Origin: Candidatus Palauibacter sp.
Lineage (GTDB): Bacteria; Gemmatimonadota; Gemmatimonadetes; Palauibacterales; Palauibacteraceae
Assembly: GCF_965216145.1 (NCBI RefSeq)
Contig: NZ_OZ244149.1
Span: forward strand, 1,100,797-1,164,796
Length of the DNA: 64,000 nt
Direction of reading: 5' to 3'
The notes under the pieces are model-generated. The model was not told the DNA's origin. It was given only the letters and a program-made list of their open reading frames with translations, and searched no databases. Both the position numbers and the translations under genes were made by a program. Below are positions 1 to 9,397 of the stretch, piece by piece. Numbering within the stretch: the stretch's first letter is position 1; each line of letters begins with the position of its first letter.

Positions 1-69
1 AGTTCGGGCAGGTGCGCGCCCCGGCGGGCGCTGTACCGTCGTGGCTGGACTCCGACATCGTTTTCTCTC

Positions 70-492
70 CTACGCGTTCCGTGCGATCCAATCGGTGGGA
101 GTGAAAGCCCCGGCCCGATCGATCAGCTCGCCATCCCACGACACGACCTCGGCACCCAGCCAATCGGCGAGGGCGGCGTAGAGAGCGTCCCCGGAGCGCA
201 GAAAGCCTCGAGTGCCGACCTCGAGGGCCTGTTGGAGCATCGCCCGGTTCAATGAGTACACGGTGACCAGCGGAGAGCCCAGCATTTGATCGGCCAGGCT
301 CCGGCCGCGCTCGGCGTCGCGCAGCCTCCGGGCGAGCGCGCAGGCAATCTCCAACTTCGCCAGCTCCGGGAGAGAAATCGGGAGCTCTCGTTCCACTACC
401 AGGGAGAGAAAGGCTCGGCTTGAGTCCGACAATCCATCGGTTGCGTCTGCCGCCGAGACCCACACGCTGGCGTCAATGACCAGCGTCGTCAC
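70..492 (-). CDS. vapC: PIN-domain toxin (VapC-like) of a type II toxin-antitoxin pair
   Basis: Translation VTTLVIDASVWVSA...LVTVYSLNRAML...GDALYAALADWLGAEVVSWD has PIN-domain acidic residues at the expected positions. GTG start at 490-492 overlaps the antitoxin stop (GTGA overlap). Confidence 0.6.
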   Translation of the reverse strand: MTTLVIDASVWVSAADATDGLSDSSRAFLSLVVERELPISLPELAKLEIACALARRLRDAERGRSLADQMLGSPLVTVYSLNRAMLQQALEVGTRGFLRSGDALYAALADWLGAEVVSWDGELIDRAGAFTPTDWIARNA

Positions 493-755
493 TCGGCTCC
501 CAACCGGTTCCGGTCGGCGGCCAGCTCTTCCCTCGCCGAACGGCCCCCAGGCGCACGCCTGAGCGCTTCGTCGGCCGCATCGAGCCAGGAGCGCAGCCAT
601 GCTTTGGGGGCCTCACGGGTTTCCGCACCTTCGTCCTCGCTCAGCCAGCGCCGATAGAGTTGCGTCGTGACTTCGCGAATGGTAAGGCCCCGCAGAGCTG
701 CCTCCGACTTGATCTGCCGGTACAGGTCATCCGGGATATCGATGGTCGCTTTCAT
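489..755 (-). CDS. ribbon-helix-helix antitoxin (VapB/CopG-like)
   Basis: MKATIDIPDDLYRQIKSEAALRGLTIREVTTQLYRRWL is a typical RHH antitoxin N-terminus. It sits immediately upstream of, and overlaps, the PIN gene. The long ORF-track version (489..908) is trimmed to the internal ATG at 753-755. Confidence 0.55.
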   Translation of the reverse strand: MKATIDIPDDLYRQIKSEAALRGLTIREVTTQLYRRWLSEDEGAETREAPKAWLRSWLDAADEALRRAPGGRSAREELAADRNRLGAE

Positions 756-787
756 GGTACCATGATAGCTGTATTGCCGTATACCCG

Positions 788-3646
788 TCAATGTGCGCCA
801 GGTGGTTTCGCCGCCACGCGCTTCTTCTCCTCCTCCAGCGCGTCCAGCGCGACCCCGTCCGTAATCCACGCCGGCGCCGGCTCGCCCTTCAGGTAGTGCC
901 CGAACCACTCCAGGATGCGCCGGTGGTAGTCCTTCTGGTTCGCCTCCTCTCGGAAACCGTGGTCCTCCCCTTCGTAGACCAGCAGCACCATCTGTTTCCC
1001 GGCGCGGCGGGCGAAGTTGAAGAACTCGGTCCCCTGGTCCCAGTCCACCACGCCATCCTCGTCGCCGAAGGCCATCAGCAGCGGCGTCTCCATGTTGTGC
1101 ACCTCGTGGATCGGCGAATTACGACGATGCGCCTCCGGATCCTCCCAGAACGGCACCTCCATGCGAGCCTGGCCGGTCTCCCAGTGGCTCAGCTCGGCGA
1201 TGCCCGGGTTCCAGTGCAGCGCGCCCATGAAGCTCACGAAGTCCGTGAGCGGCGCGCCCGCCACGGAAGCCGCGAAGATGTCGGTCCGCGTGGGCAGGAA
1301 CGTCGCCTGATAGCCGCCCCACGAGTGCCCGATGAGGCCGACCGCGTCCGGGTCCGTCACCCCCATCTCGACGGCCTTCGCCACGGCCGCGCGCACGGAC
1401 TCCAGCGCACTTACGCCCGGATCCCGCGCCCGGTATACGATGTCCGGCAGCAGCACCGCGTACCCATGCTGGGTCCAGGCCGTGTAGTTGTAGTACTCCC
1501 GCTCGCTGGGCACGCGGAAGAGGTGCATCTGCGGGGAGAGGATCTCGTAGGTGTACACGATCGTGGGGACCGCGCTGTCCTCCTCGTAGTTCGCGGGAAG
1601 AAGGAGGACGAACTGAAGGTCGCGGCCCGATTCGCTCACGAAGTCGACCAGCTCCGCCCGGCCCCACGCCACCTCGTCGATGAAGGGGTTGATCGCGGTC
1701 ACCCGGGCGGGGTTGGCGAGGTCGGGGCCGGCGACGAAGTAGTCCGGCGGGTCGTCGAAGCGTTCGTCGCGGTAGAAGAGCACGTCGGCGCTGTCGGCGC
1801 GGACGAGGCCACCCACGTAGCCGTCTTCCAGGACAAGGGTCTCGGCCGAGTCCCGGTCGCGCGCGTCGAGCCAGCCGCGGGTGAAGCGGGCATATCCGCG
1901 CTGCTCCGTCTTCTCGTTGTAGAGGGACAGATAGGGGCGCGAGTCGGGGTCGATGCCGGGCTCGTCGTCATCGGTGACGCGGGTCAACCGGTGGGTGATT
2001 CCCGTCTCGGCGCCGCGCGTCAGCCGCTCGCCTCCCGAGCCGTCGGGTGCGACGCGCCAGATGTCGTGCTTGTCGTAGAGCAGGACTGCGTTGTCGTCTT
2101 CCAGCCAGCCGCCGGGACCGGAGTCGCGTGGGGGGGTCACGTCGGTGGGCGTGTCGTAGTCCGTGTCGGCGAATTCGGCGGCCAGCGCTGACGTCAGGTC
2201 ATGCTGCTCGCCCGTGGCGACGTGGAGGCTGTGGTAGGCGGAGCCATCCCATGAGAGCAGCCAGTCGCCGCCCGCGCTTGGCCATTCGTAACGCACGCGA
2301 GCGAGGAGCTGGCGGCGCTCGCCGGTGTCCGCGTCAACGGCCCGGACATCGTGGTACGGACGGCCGAACATCGCGCCCCATGGGTAGGGCTCGTCAATGT
2401 CTTCCAGAGCGTACTCCCAGCCGTGCAGGAGTTGAGCGGTGCCCATGAGGTCGGATCCGAGAACGACCACGCGGTCGTCGTCGAGGTGCCAGACGGCCGG
2501 CAGCGATCGCGTGTTGTCGCGGTCCTCGGAGACCTGCTGCTCCGGGAAGAGGCGGACATCCCCGGTGTGCCAGATCTGCAGGGCGGGGAGGTCGGGTTCG
2601 GAGTCAGAGGCCGGAGCGTCCGGGGAGCCCTGATCCGGTTCCGTCTCCGCCTCCGGCTCCGGCTCGTCTTCCGCGCCGTCGCCGGGATCTTCGTCCTCTT
2701 CCTCTTCGATCGGCCTGAGCCCCAGAGAGATCATGATGCCATCGTCCGACCAGGCGGGGGCGCGGTGCCGGACGGTCTCGAGCGTGTCCGGGATGCCGGC
2801 GGTGTTCGCACCGAGGACCATCATCTCGACACGGCGGTCCAGGCCGCGCCAGGCCAGAACGTCGTAGGCGGTGCCGTCGGCGGAGGCGGCGCCGCTCGAG
2901 CGGAGGGCAGCCAGATCTGCAGAGTCATCACGCCAGCGGAGGCTCCGGTAGGCGGAACCGGAAGCGTCGGCGGAACGCAGGATACCGGCGGAGGCGTCGT
3001 ACACCTGCACGCCGTTGCCCACATCGGTGCCCGTCGCGATGGCGAGTGCAAGAAGGGATCCGGCCGGGCTCCAAGCCATCTCGCTCACGTTGCCGAAGGA
3101 GGTCTCCGTTCCCGTTTCCAGGGTGATGATGCGGAGATCGGCGCCCTTGCCCGAGGGCTCGTCCGGCGGGTAGCCACGCAGCGCCACGAAACGGCCGGAG
3201 GCGTCGAAGCGCTGTTCGGAGACCGCTTCGTACTCACGCGTCTCGCCGAATTGCAGATCCATCACCGAGGCCTTCTCACGGATCGGTTCGTCGCTCTCCT
3301 CGAGCCGCTCCCTTTCCTCCGGCGGTAGACCGATGGTCCAGGTCAGCCAACGGCCATCGGGGGAGAACCGCGGCGCCGAGCCCCATGGGAAGATCCGAAC
3401 GGAGTCCTCTTCGAGCTTCCGCACGCGGAGTTCCGACTTCTCGTCCACCCGGGTGACCACGTATGCGATCCACTCACCGAAGGGAGAGAACTCGAAGCCG
3501 CCGAGTCGCTCCCAGCGGCCGTAGTCGTCGGGAGTGACGAGGGGGCGGTCCTGGGAGTAGGCGGGGGACGGGAGGACGAGCGTGAGACCGCCAAGGGCAG
3601 CCAGTGTCGCGAGCGTCGGGAAACGGGAGGGGAGGGACCAGGTCAT
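788..3646 (-). CDS. secreted S9 family serine peptidase (TolB-like beta-propeller N-terminal, prolyl-oligopeptidase-type C-terminal)
   Basis: Signal peptide MTWSLPSRFPTLATLAALGGLTLVLP. C-terminal alpha/beta-hydrolase region with GLIGHSWGGYQ (GxSxGG nucleophile elbow). Acidic low-complexity insert EEEEDEDPGDGAEDEPEPEAETEPD. Confidence 0.8.
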   Translation of the reverse strand: MTWSLPSRFPTLATLAALGGLTLVLPSPAYSQDRPLVTPDDYGRWERLGGFEFSPFGEWIAYVVTRVDEKSELRVRKLEEDSVRIFPWGSAPRFSPDGRWLTWTIGLPPEERERLEESDEPIREKASVMDLQFGETREYEAVSEQRFDASGRFVALRGYPPDEPSGKGADLRIITLETGTETSFGNVSEMAWSPAGSLLALAIATGTDVGNGVQVYDASAGILRSADASGSAYRSLRWRDDSADLAALRSSGAASADGTAYDVLAWRGLDRRVEMMVLGANTAGIPDTLETVRHRAPAWSDDGIMISLGLRPIEEEEDEDPGDGAEDEPEPEAETEPDQGSPDAPASDSEPDLPALQIWHTGDVRLFPEQQVSEDRDNTRSLPAVWHLDDDRVVVLGSDLMGTAQLLHGWEYALEDIDEPYPWGAMFGRPYHDVRAVDADTGERRQLLARVRYEWPSAGGDWLLSWDGSAYHSLHVATGEQHDLTSALAAEFADTDYDTPTDVTPPRDSGPGGWLEDDNAVLLYDKHDIWRVAPDGSGGERLTRGAETGITHRLTRVTDDDEPGIDPDSRPYLSLYNEKTEQRGYARFTRGWLDARDRDSAETLVLEDGYVGGLVRADSADVLFYRDERFDDPPDYFVAGPDLANPARVTAINPFIDEVAWGRAELVDFVSESGRDLQFVLLLPANYEEDSAVPTIVYTYEILSPQMHLFRVPSEREYYNYTAWTQHGYAVLLPDIVYRARDPGVSALESVRAAVAKAVEMGVTDPDAVGLIGHSWGGYQATFLPTRTDIFAASVAGAPLTDFVSFMGALHWNPGIAELSHWETGQARMEVPFWEDPEAHRRNSPIHEVHNMETPLLMAFGDEDGVVDWDQGTEFFNFARRAGKQMVLLVYEGEDHGFREEANQKDYHRRILEWFGHYLKGEPAPAWITDGVALDALEEEKKRVAAKPPGAH

Positions 3647-3846
3647 CGGGCACTCTCCTGGGAGTCGCTGGAATTGGGGAAAGCAAGTTGCGTGGTGCTG
3701 GGGGACAATCGCCAGCGGGTGCCTCGGTTGGACCTCACGTGGGACGTGCGCCCCACTTGCCACGCGATCGGGTTCGGACGGGGCGTATGCGCAGGGGACG
3801 GTGCTTCACCGACTCCACCCGGGCACATGCCCCGCTTCCATTCCCG

Positions 3847-5265
3847 CTATTGCTGCAGGCGCAGCACGAAGAGGCCCTCGTTCCAGCTCGTGGCGACGAA
3901 GAAGCCGCTCTCGAAGTAGGGGTAGGTCGACCAGGAGCCGCGGAACTCCACGTTATTGTGTTCGGGCACGGTGTCAAAATAGCCCGCTTCCACGGGGTTC
4001 TCTCGGTCCGAGATGTCGATGATCCGGATGCCGAATGTGTAGTTGGAGTGGTAGATCACATCCTCGTGCACGTACAGGTTGTGGTCGATAGCTTCGGTGG
4101 GCCCCAGGTGCTCTCTCGCCAGAACCGGATCGTCGAGGTCGGTTAGATCCCAAACGAGCAGCCGCGTCCGCGAGACAGAGAACCCCTCATCGAGTTCATC
4201 GTTCTGATAGAAGTACTGGTGGTCCTCGCTGAGCCACCCCTGATGGATGTAGGCGTGATCGGCGTATGTACCGGTTGAGATGGTGATCGGGTTCTCCTTG
4301 TCGGTCACGTCCGACACTACAATGGCGGTCTCGTTCGAGCCGACGCAGATTTCCTGGCCCGCGTATTCCGAATCGGGGCCGCGATACACGACGCACTGAA
4401 CGTCGTGGGTGTAGCCTGGAATATAAAAACCCGTCGTCGTTTCAGCGTAGCAGCCCGCGAAAGTCGGATTCTTCGGGTCCGAGAGATCGATCATGTGCAG
4501 GCCGCTCCCGCATGTGTCGCCGCCACTGTTGCTACCGACGGCATAGGCGAAGCCGGTCTCTTCGTTGATCGCGATGTTGTGGACCGAACTCAGCCGCGAG
4601 TACCACGCATCGGGCTGCAACTCGGTGAACTCCGTCAACCCGCGCAGCCGTGTGAGGTCGAGAACCTGCATACCGTGGCCGGGGCTCAGGTCGGCGACGA
4701 CGTACACGTGATCCGCGTACACCTTCATGTCGCGCCACCACGAGGTACCCGTGTGCGAGGCGAGGTACGCGATCGGTCGCGGCTCGACCGGATTGGAGAG
4801 ATCGACAATGGAAAGTCCGTCGTGGCGGCCCACAAGAGCATACTCCACCCCGGTCTGAGGGTCGGTCCACCCCCAAATGTCGTTCACGTTCCACCACTCT
4901 TCCGGCCCCGAGGGCGGCGTCCCCGGTCTCAAGTCAGGCATGGATACCTGTCCCACGAGATCGACCCCCTCGCACGGAAAGCTGCCGGCCAGCCCATCGA
5001 CGCATATTGCCTCCGGGGCGACTGGAGGTGGCGGCGGTGGAGGTGGCGGCGGTGGAGGTGGCGGCGGTGGAGGTGGCGGCGGTGGAGGTGGCGGCGGTGG
5101 TGGTGGCGGCGGTGGAGGTGGCGGCGGCGGCTCGACGGGATCGGGGCCCGCGGGACCTGGGCCGGTCGGAGCCGGGGCGTCTTCACCGCATGCACCAAGG
5201 GCCACACTCAGCATGAGTACCGGAATCGCCGGTCGGATTCGCATAGAGGATGAATGGGCTCTCAT
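3847..5265 (-). CDS. choice-of-anchor B / LVIVD-repeat beta-propeller lipoprotein, paralog 1, with ~44-residue polyproline linker
   Basis: Lipoprotein-like leader MRAHSSSMRIRPAIPVLMLSVALGAC. SD GGGAGG 8 nt upstream of the ATG at 5263-5265. Conserved NDIWGWTDP, VYADHVYVVAD, YAVGSNSGG, HQGW motifs shared with the paralogs at 5425, 6933 and 31237. Confidence 0.75.
   Translation of the reverse strand: MRAHSSSMRIRPAIPVLMLSVALGACGEDAPAPTGPGPAGPDPVEPPPPPPPPPPPPPPPPPPPPPPPPPPPPPPPPPPPPVAPEAICVDGLAGSFPCEGVDLVGQVSMPDLRPGTPPSGPEEWWNVNDIWGWTDPQTGVEYALVGRHDGLSIVDLSNPVEPRPIAYLASHTGTSWWRDMKVYADHVYVVADLSPGHGMQVLDLTRLRGLTEFTELQPDAWYSRLSSVHNIAINEETGFAYAVGSNSGGDTCGSGLHMIDLSDPKNPTFAGCYAETTTGFYIPGYTHDVQCVVYRGPDSEYAGQEICVGSNETAIVVSDVTDKENPITISTGTYADHAYIHQGWLSEDHQYFYQNDELDEGFSVSRTRLLVWDLTDLDDPVLAREHLGPTEAIDHNLYVHEDVIYHSNYTFGIRIIDISDRENPVEAGYFDTVPEHNNVEFRGSWSTYPYFESGFFVATSWNEGLFVLRLQQ
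5024..5130. repeat. 15-bp tandem repeat (GGTGGAGGTGGCGGC)n, about 7 units, encoding poly-Pro on the minus strand
   Basis: Direct reading of the sequence. It is in-frame within the paralog-1 CDS. The plus-strand poly-Gly ORF here is an antisense artifact. Confidence 0.9.
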
Positions 5266-5424
5266 CTGACTATGCCTCCCGTCAACTGGAACGACGATCC
5301 GACGCACGAGTTGCTGCGGGTCGACGCGGTTTCGACGTAGATCTTGCGACCCAACCACCGTCGTACGTGCAACTTACACGTTTAGGCCTCTCCCTCGCGC
5401 CCCTAAACTGGAGGGGACTTGTCG
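5266..5424. repeat. ~160-bp intergenic cassette, copy A (near-identical to 6775..6932)
   Basis: Carries hairpins CCCCTAAACTGGAGGGG and ACGTGTAAGTTGCACGT. It lies downstream of paralog 2 and upstream (promoter/RBS side) of paralog 1. Confidence 0.85.
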
Positions 5425-6774
5425 CTATTGCTGCAGGCGCAGGACGAAGATGCCCTCACGCCAACTGGTGGCGACGAAGAGGCCGCTCTCGAACCAGGGG
5501 TAGATCGACCAGGAGCCGAATCCGCGAGGTTCGGGCACGGTGTCGAAGAACCCGCGTTCCAGGGGGTTCGCAGGATCCGCGATATCTATGACCCGGACTC
5601 CGAAGTCATAGTTGGAGTGGTAGATCAGGTCGCCGTGGACATACAGGTTGTGGTCGGTCTCGGTGCCCGGGCCCAGATGCTCCTTCGCCAGGATCGGGTC
5701 ATCGAGGTCGGTGAGGTCCCACACGAGCATGCGCGTGCGCGGTGTCAGCCCTTGAGCCTCGTCCCCTTCGTCGTTCTGGTAGAAATAGCCCTGGTCTGAG
5801 CTGAGCCAGCCCTGGTGGACGTAGCCATAGTCCGCGTACGTAGCGGTCGACAGGGTGATCGGATTCGTCTTGTCGGTCACGTCCGACACCACAATGGCGA
5901 TCTCGTTCGAGCCGACGCAGATCTCGCGGCCCGCATGTTCCGTATCAGGACCGCGATACACGACGCACTGGACATCGTGGGTGTAACCCGTACCGACCCA
6001 CCCGGTGCCTTCTACGGCGTGGCACCCCGCGAAACTCGGATTCTTCGGGTCCGTGAGGTCGATCATGTGCAGACCACCCCCGCACGTGTCGCCGCCGGAG
6101 TTGCTCCCGACGGCGTAGGCGAAGCCTGTCTCTTCGTTGATCGCGACGTTGTGGACCGCGCTCACGCGCGTGTACCGCCCGTCCGCCTGCATCTCCGTGA
6201 ACTCCGTCAGCCCGCGAAGTCGGGTAAGGTCGAGAATCTGCATGCCGTGGCCGGCTATGGCGTCGGCGACGACGTATACGTGGTCCGCGTACACTTTCAT
6301 GTCGCGCCAGATGCTCGAACCGGTATGGGAAGCGAGGTACGCGATCGGCCGGGGTTCGACGGGGTTCGAGAGATCGACGATCGAGAGTCCGTCATCGCGG
6401 CCGACGAGGGCGTACTCGACCCCCGTCTCCGGGTCGGTCCACCCCCAAATGTCGTTCAGGACAGAGGCCGGCCGCGCCGGTCTCAAGTCGCTCGGCGACA
6501 CGCGTGCCACCAGATCTACGCCATCGCACGGAAAGATGCCGGCAAGGCCACCGACACATGGTGTCTCTGTGGTGGGGAGCGGCGGTGGAGGCGGCGGTGG
6601 GGGAGGCGGCGGGGGCGGCGCGGGGGGAGGCGGCGGTGGCGCAAGCGTGGGCGGGGCGAGCGGATCCGGGGTCACCGGGCCCGCAGCGTCCTCTCCGCAT
6701 GCGCCGAGGACCACGCTCAGCATGAGTACCGGAATCGCCGGTCGGATTCGCATAGAGGATGAATGGGCTCTCAT
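5425..6774 (-). CDS. choice-of-anchor B / LVIVD-repeat lipoprotein, paralog 2 (Pro-rich linker)
   Basis: Same leader MRAHSSSMRIRPAIPVLMLSVVLGAC and the same motif set, roughly 75-80% identical to paralog 1. Linker is PPPPPPAPPPPPPPPPPPPPLP. Confidence 0.75.
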   Translation of the reverse strand: MRAHSSSMRIRPAIPVLMLSVVLGACGEDAAGPVTPDPLAPPTLAPPPPPPAPPPPPPPPPPPPPLPTTETPCVGGLAGIFPCDGVDLVARVSPSDLRPARPASVLNDIWGWTDPETGVEYALVGRDDGLSIVDLSNPVEPRPIAYLASHTGSSIWRDMKVYADHVYVVADAIAGHGMQILDLTRLRGLTEFTEMQADGRYTRVSAVHNVAINEETGFAYAVGSNSGGDTCGGGLHMIDLTDPKNPSFAGCHAVEGTGWVGTGYTHDVQCVVYRGPDTEHAGREICVGSNEIAIVVSDVTDKTNPITLSTATYADYGYVHQGWLSSDQGYFYQNDEGDEAQGLTPRTRMLVWDLTDLDDPILAKEHLGPGTETDHNLYVHGDLIYHSNYDFGVRVIDIADPANPLERGFFDTVPEPRGFGSWSIYPWFESGLFVATSWREGIFVLRLQQ

Positions 6775-6932
6775 CTGACCATGCCTCCCGTCAACTGGAA
6801 CGACGATCCGACGCAGGAGTTGCTGCGGATCGACGCGGTGTCGACGTAGATCTTGCGACCCAACCACCGTCGTACGTGCAACTTACACGTTTAGGCCTCT
6901 CCCTCGCGCCCCTAAACTGGAGGGGACTGTCG
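6775..6932. repeat. ~160-bp intergenic cassette, copy B
   Basis: Aligns almost base for base with 5266..5424 (a handful of substitutions). Confidence 0.85.
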
Positions 6933-8219
6933 CTATTGCTGGAGTCGCAGGACGAAGAGGCCCTCGTCCCGGCTGGTGGCGACGAAGAGGCCGCTCTCGA
7001 ACCAGGGGTAGGTCGACCAGGAGCCGCCGAACGTCTGGTCGTCATGGTCCGGTACCGTGTCGAAGAAGCCGCGCTCCACGGGATTCGCCGGATTCGAGAT
7101 GTCGAGGATCCGCACGCCGAACGTGTAGTTGGAGTGGTAGATCACATCCTCGTGGACGTAGATGTTGTGGTCGATGGCTCCGGTGGGGCCCAGGTGCTCC
7201 GTGACGAGGACCGGATCGTCCAGATCGACCATGTCCCATACCAGCATGCGCGTGCGTGAGACCCGGTTGTTTCTTTCATCCCCTTCATCGTTCTGGTAGA
7301 AATACCGGTGATCCTCGCTCAGCCATCCCTGATGGATGTAGTCGTGGTCGGCGTAGGAGGCGGTCGACAACGTCGTCGGGTTCGCCTTGTCGGTCACGTC
7401 CGACACGACGACCGCGGTCTCATTCGAGCCCACGCAGATCTCGCGGCCCGCGTGTTCCGCGTCGGGACCTCGATAGACGACGCACTGGACATCGTGGGTG
7501 TATCCAGTCCCATGCCAACCGGTGCCTGCCTCGGCGTGGCAACCCGCGAAGGTAGGGTTCTTCGGATCCGAGAGGTCGATCATGTGCAGGCCGCCCCCGC
7601 ACGTTTCGCCACCGGAGTTGCTTCCGACGGCGTACGCGAAGCCGGTCTCTTCGTTGATCGCGAGGTTGTGGACAGCGCTCACATTCCGGTATCTGGCGTC
7701 CGCGCTCAGTTCCGTGAACTCAGTCAACTCACGAAGCCGCGTGAGGTCGAGCACCTGGATCCCGTGCCCCGTAATCTCCGAGACGACGTACACGTGATCC
7801 GCATACACTTTCATGTCCCGCCAGAGGGTCTCCGAGAAGGCGGAGGGCATGAACGCGACCGGCCTCGGTTCGACCGGGTTGGAGAGATCGACGATCGAGA
7901 GGCCGTCGAAGTGCCCGACGAGGGCGTACTCCACCCCCGTCTGCGGATCGGTCCACCCCCAGATGTCGTTCAGGGAGGTGGCCATCCTTCCCGGCCGCAA
8001 CTCGCGCGGAAGCAGCCACCCCACCAGGTCCACGCCCTCGCACGGGAACCCGCGGGCCGTGCCGCCCTGGCAGGGGGCGAGCAGCGTGGCGACGGGTTCG
8101 GGCGGCGGCGGTTCCGGCGGATCGACCGGACCCGTCGCGCTTTCGCCGCACGCCACCGAGAGAAAAGCCAGCAGGAGAGTCGCGCCTCGCACCGAGGCGG
8201 GGATGCGCTTGGCAGTCAT
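6933..8219 (-). CDS. choice-of-anchor B / LVIVD-repeat lipoprotein, paralog 3 (short Pro linker)
   Basis: Leader MTAKRIPASVRGATLLLAFLSVACGES, then the conserved domain. The ORF-track N-terminal extension (to 8702) is Arg/Gly-rich junk that overlaps the upstream gene. Start taken at the ATG at 8217-8219. Confidence 0.7.
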   Translation of the reverse strand: MTAKRIPASVRGATLLLAFLSVACGESATGPVDPPEPPPPEPVATLLAPCQGGTARGFPCEGVDLVGWLLPRELRPGRMATSLNDIWGWTDPQTGVEYALVGHFDGLSIVDLSNPVEPRPVAFMPSAFSETLWRDMKVYADHVYVVSEITGHGIQVLDLTRLRELTEFTELSADARYRNVSAVHNLAINEETGFAYAVGSNSGGETCGGGLHMIDLSDPKNPTFAGCHAEAGTGWHGTGYTHDVQCVVYRGPDAEHAGREICVGSNETAVVVSDVTDKANPTTLSTASYADHDYIHQGWLSEDHRYFYQNDEGDERNNRVSRTRMLVWDMVDLDDPVLVTEHLGPTGAIDHNIYVHEDVIYHSNYTFGVRILDISNPANPVERGFFDTVPDHDDQTFGGSWSTYPWFESGLFVATSRDEGLFVLRLQQ

Positions 8220-8242
8220 CTGTTCGACATCCTCCCGTCCCC

Positions 8243-9397
8243 TCAATTCGTCAGCAGCAGCCGCGGCCCGAGGAGTCGGTGCGGGTCGGCGTCCGGCTTC
8301 GGGCTGAACTTGTTGATCCAGCCCCCGCTGTACGACGCGATGTACAGATTCCCATCCTCGTCCATGTCGAGTTGGTGCGGCAGCGACAGCCCGCCCGGCC
8401 AGGTACCGCGGCCGATCGCACCCGCCTGCCCGTAGGCGCCCCAGTAATCCTGGAGGACGCCATCCCGGTCGTACTTGAGCACGCGGTTCAGGCTCGCGTC
8501 CAGGACCCACACGGCGCCGTTCACATCCAGCCAGATGTTCACGGGATCGAAAATGTTCGGCCACTCCTCGATGAACTCCCCGTCGTGCGTGAACAGCTGA
8601 AGGCGCTCGTTCTGGCGGTCCGCGACGTAGACCCGGTCTTCGTCCACTGCGAGACCGTGCAGAAGATCGAACTCGCCGGGCCCTGTACCGAGCGCGCCCC
8701 ATTGCATGACGAACTCACCGTCCTCCGAGTACTTGACGATGCGCGAGTTCCAGTACCCGTCGGCGAGCAGGAAGCTCCCGTCCGGCAGGAACGCCAGCTT
8801 CGACGGCCACCCATAAGTATAAGGGTCCCAGTCGGATCGCGCGCGCGCGGCCTCTCGCGTCTTGGGATGGTCCCGCTCGCCCAGGCGCATGACGATCTCG
8901 CTGCCGTCGTTCGTGAACTTGACGACCTGCATGTGCCCCTGCCCGCCGCCGCTGTCGATCACCCACACGTGGCGGTCGGGGTCGTAGGGGCTGATGTACG
9001 CCTGGTGCGGCAGCGTGAAGATCGAGTCCCACTGCGCCCACTGTTCGACGATCTCGCCGTTCCCGTTCGCGACGACGACGAAGTTCGTCCGGCGGATCTG
9101 TCCGTTGCGGGGGGCCGAGCGGTCGGCGGGCCAGTCGCCGCGGGTGACGACGATGATGCGGTCCGCGTGGTCCACGGCCACTCCGGCCACCTGCCCCCAG
9201 CCCCACTCGTCGTCGTGATTGGGCGCGGGCTTCCACCAGCCCTCGACGGGGTCGTAGGCGCCGGTGCGGTCGTCGCCGCCCTTCACAGTCGTCGCGTTCG
9301 CCGGGTTCGCGGCCCGGCCTTCTTCGCCGCACGCCCAGGAGGCGGCCACGGCCGCCGCCCCGATCGCGACGAGGAGCGTCAGCGGGCGAGTCTTCAT
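8243..9397 (-). CDS. NHL-repeat (six-bladed beta-propeller) lipoprotein
   Basis: MKTRPLTLLVAIGAAAVAASWAC lipobox. Repeated blade motifs (VAVDxxDRIIVVTRG, VYVADRQNERLQLF, LYIASYSGGWINKF) typical of NHL / PAL-like propellers. Confidence 0.65.
   Translation of the reverse strand: MKTRPLTLLVAIGAAAVAASWACGEEGRAANPANATTVKGGDDRTGAYDPVEGWWKPAPNHDDEWGWGQVAGVAVDHADRIIVVTRGDWPADRSAPRNGQIRRTNFVVVANGNGEIVEQWAQWDSIFTLPHQAYISPYDPDRHVWVIDSGGGQGHMQVVKFTNDGSEIVMRLGERDHPKTREAARARSDWDPYTYGWPSKLAFLPDGSFLLADGYWNSRIVKYSEDGEFVMQWGALGTGPGEFDLLHGLAVDEDRVYVADRQNERLQLFTHDGEFIEEWPNIFDPVNIWLDVNGAVWVLDASLNRVLKYDRDGVLQDYWGAYGQAGAIGRGTWPGGLSLPHQLDMDEDGNLYIASYSGGWINKFSPKPDADPHRLLGPRLLLTN

Noticed and set aside
4877-5269. Plus-strand 130-aa ORF encoding a long poly-Gly tract (and the similar ORF 6137..6778)
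   Set aside because: It is the antisense reading of the polyproline-encoding 15-bp repeat inside a well-supported minus-strand gene. It has no start or RBS context and is composition-driven.
8243-9397. Ankyrin/NHL junction as a frameshifted single gene
   Set aside because: The NHL ORF has its own lipoprotein leader beginning at the ATG that overlaps the ankyrin stop. This is a normal coupled gene boundary.
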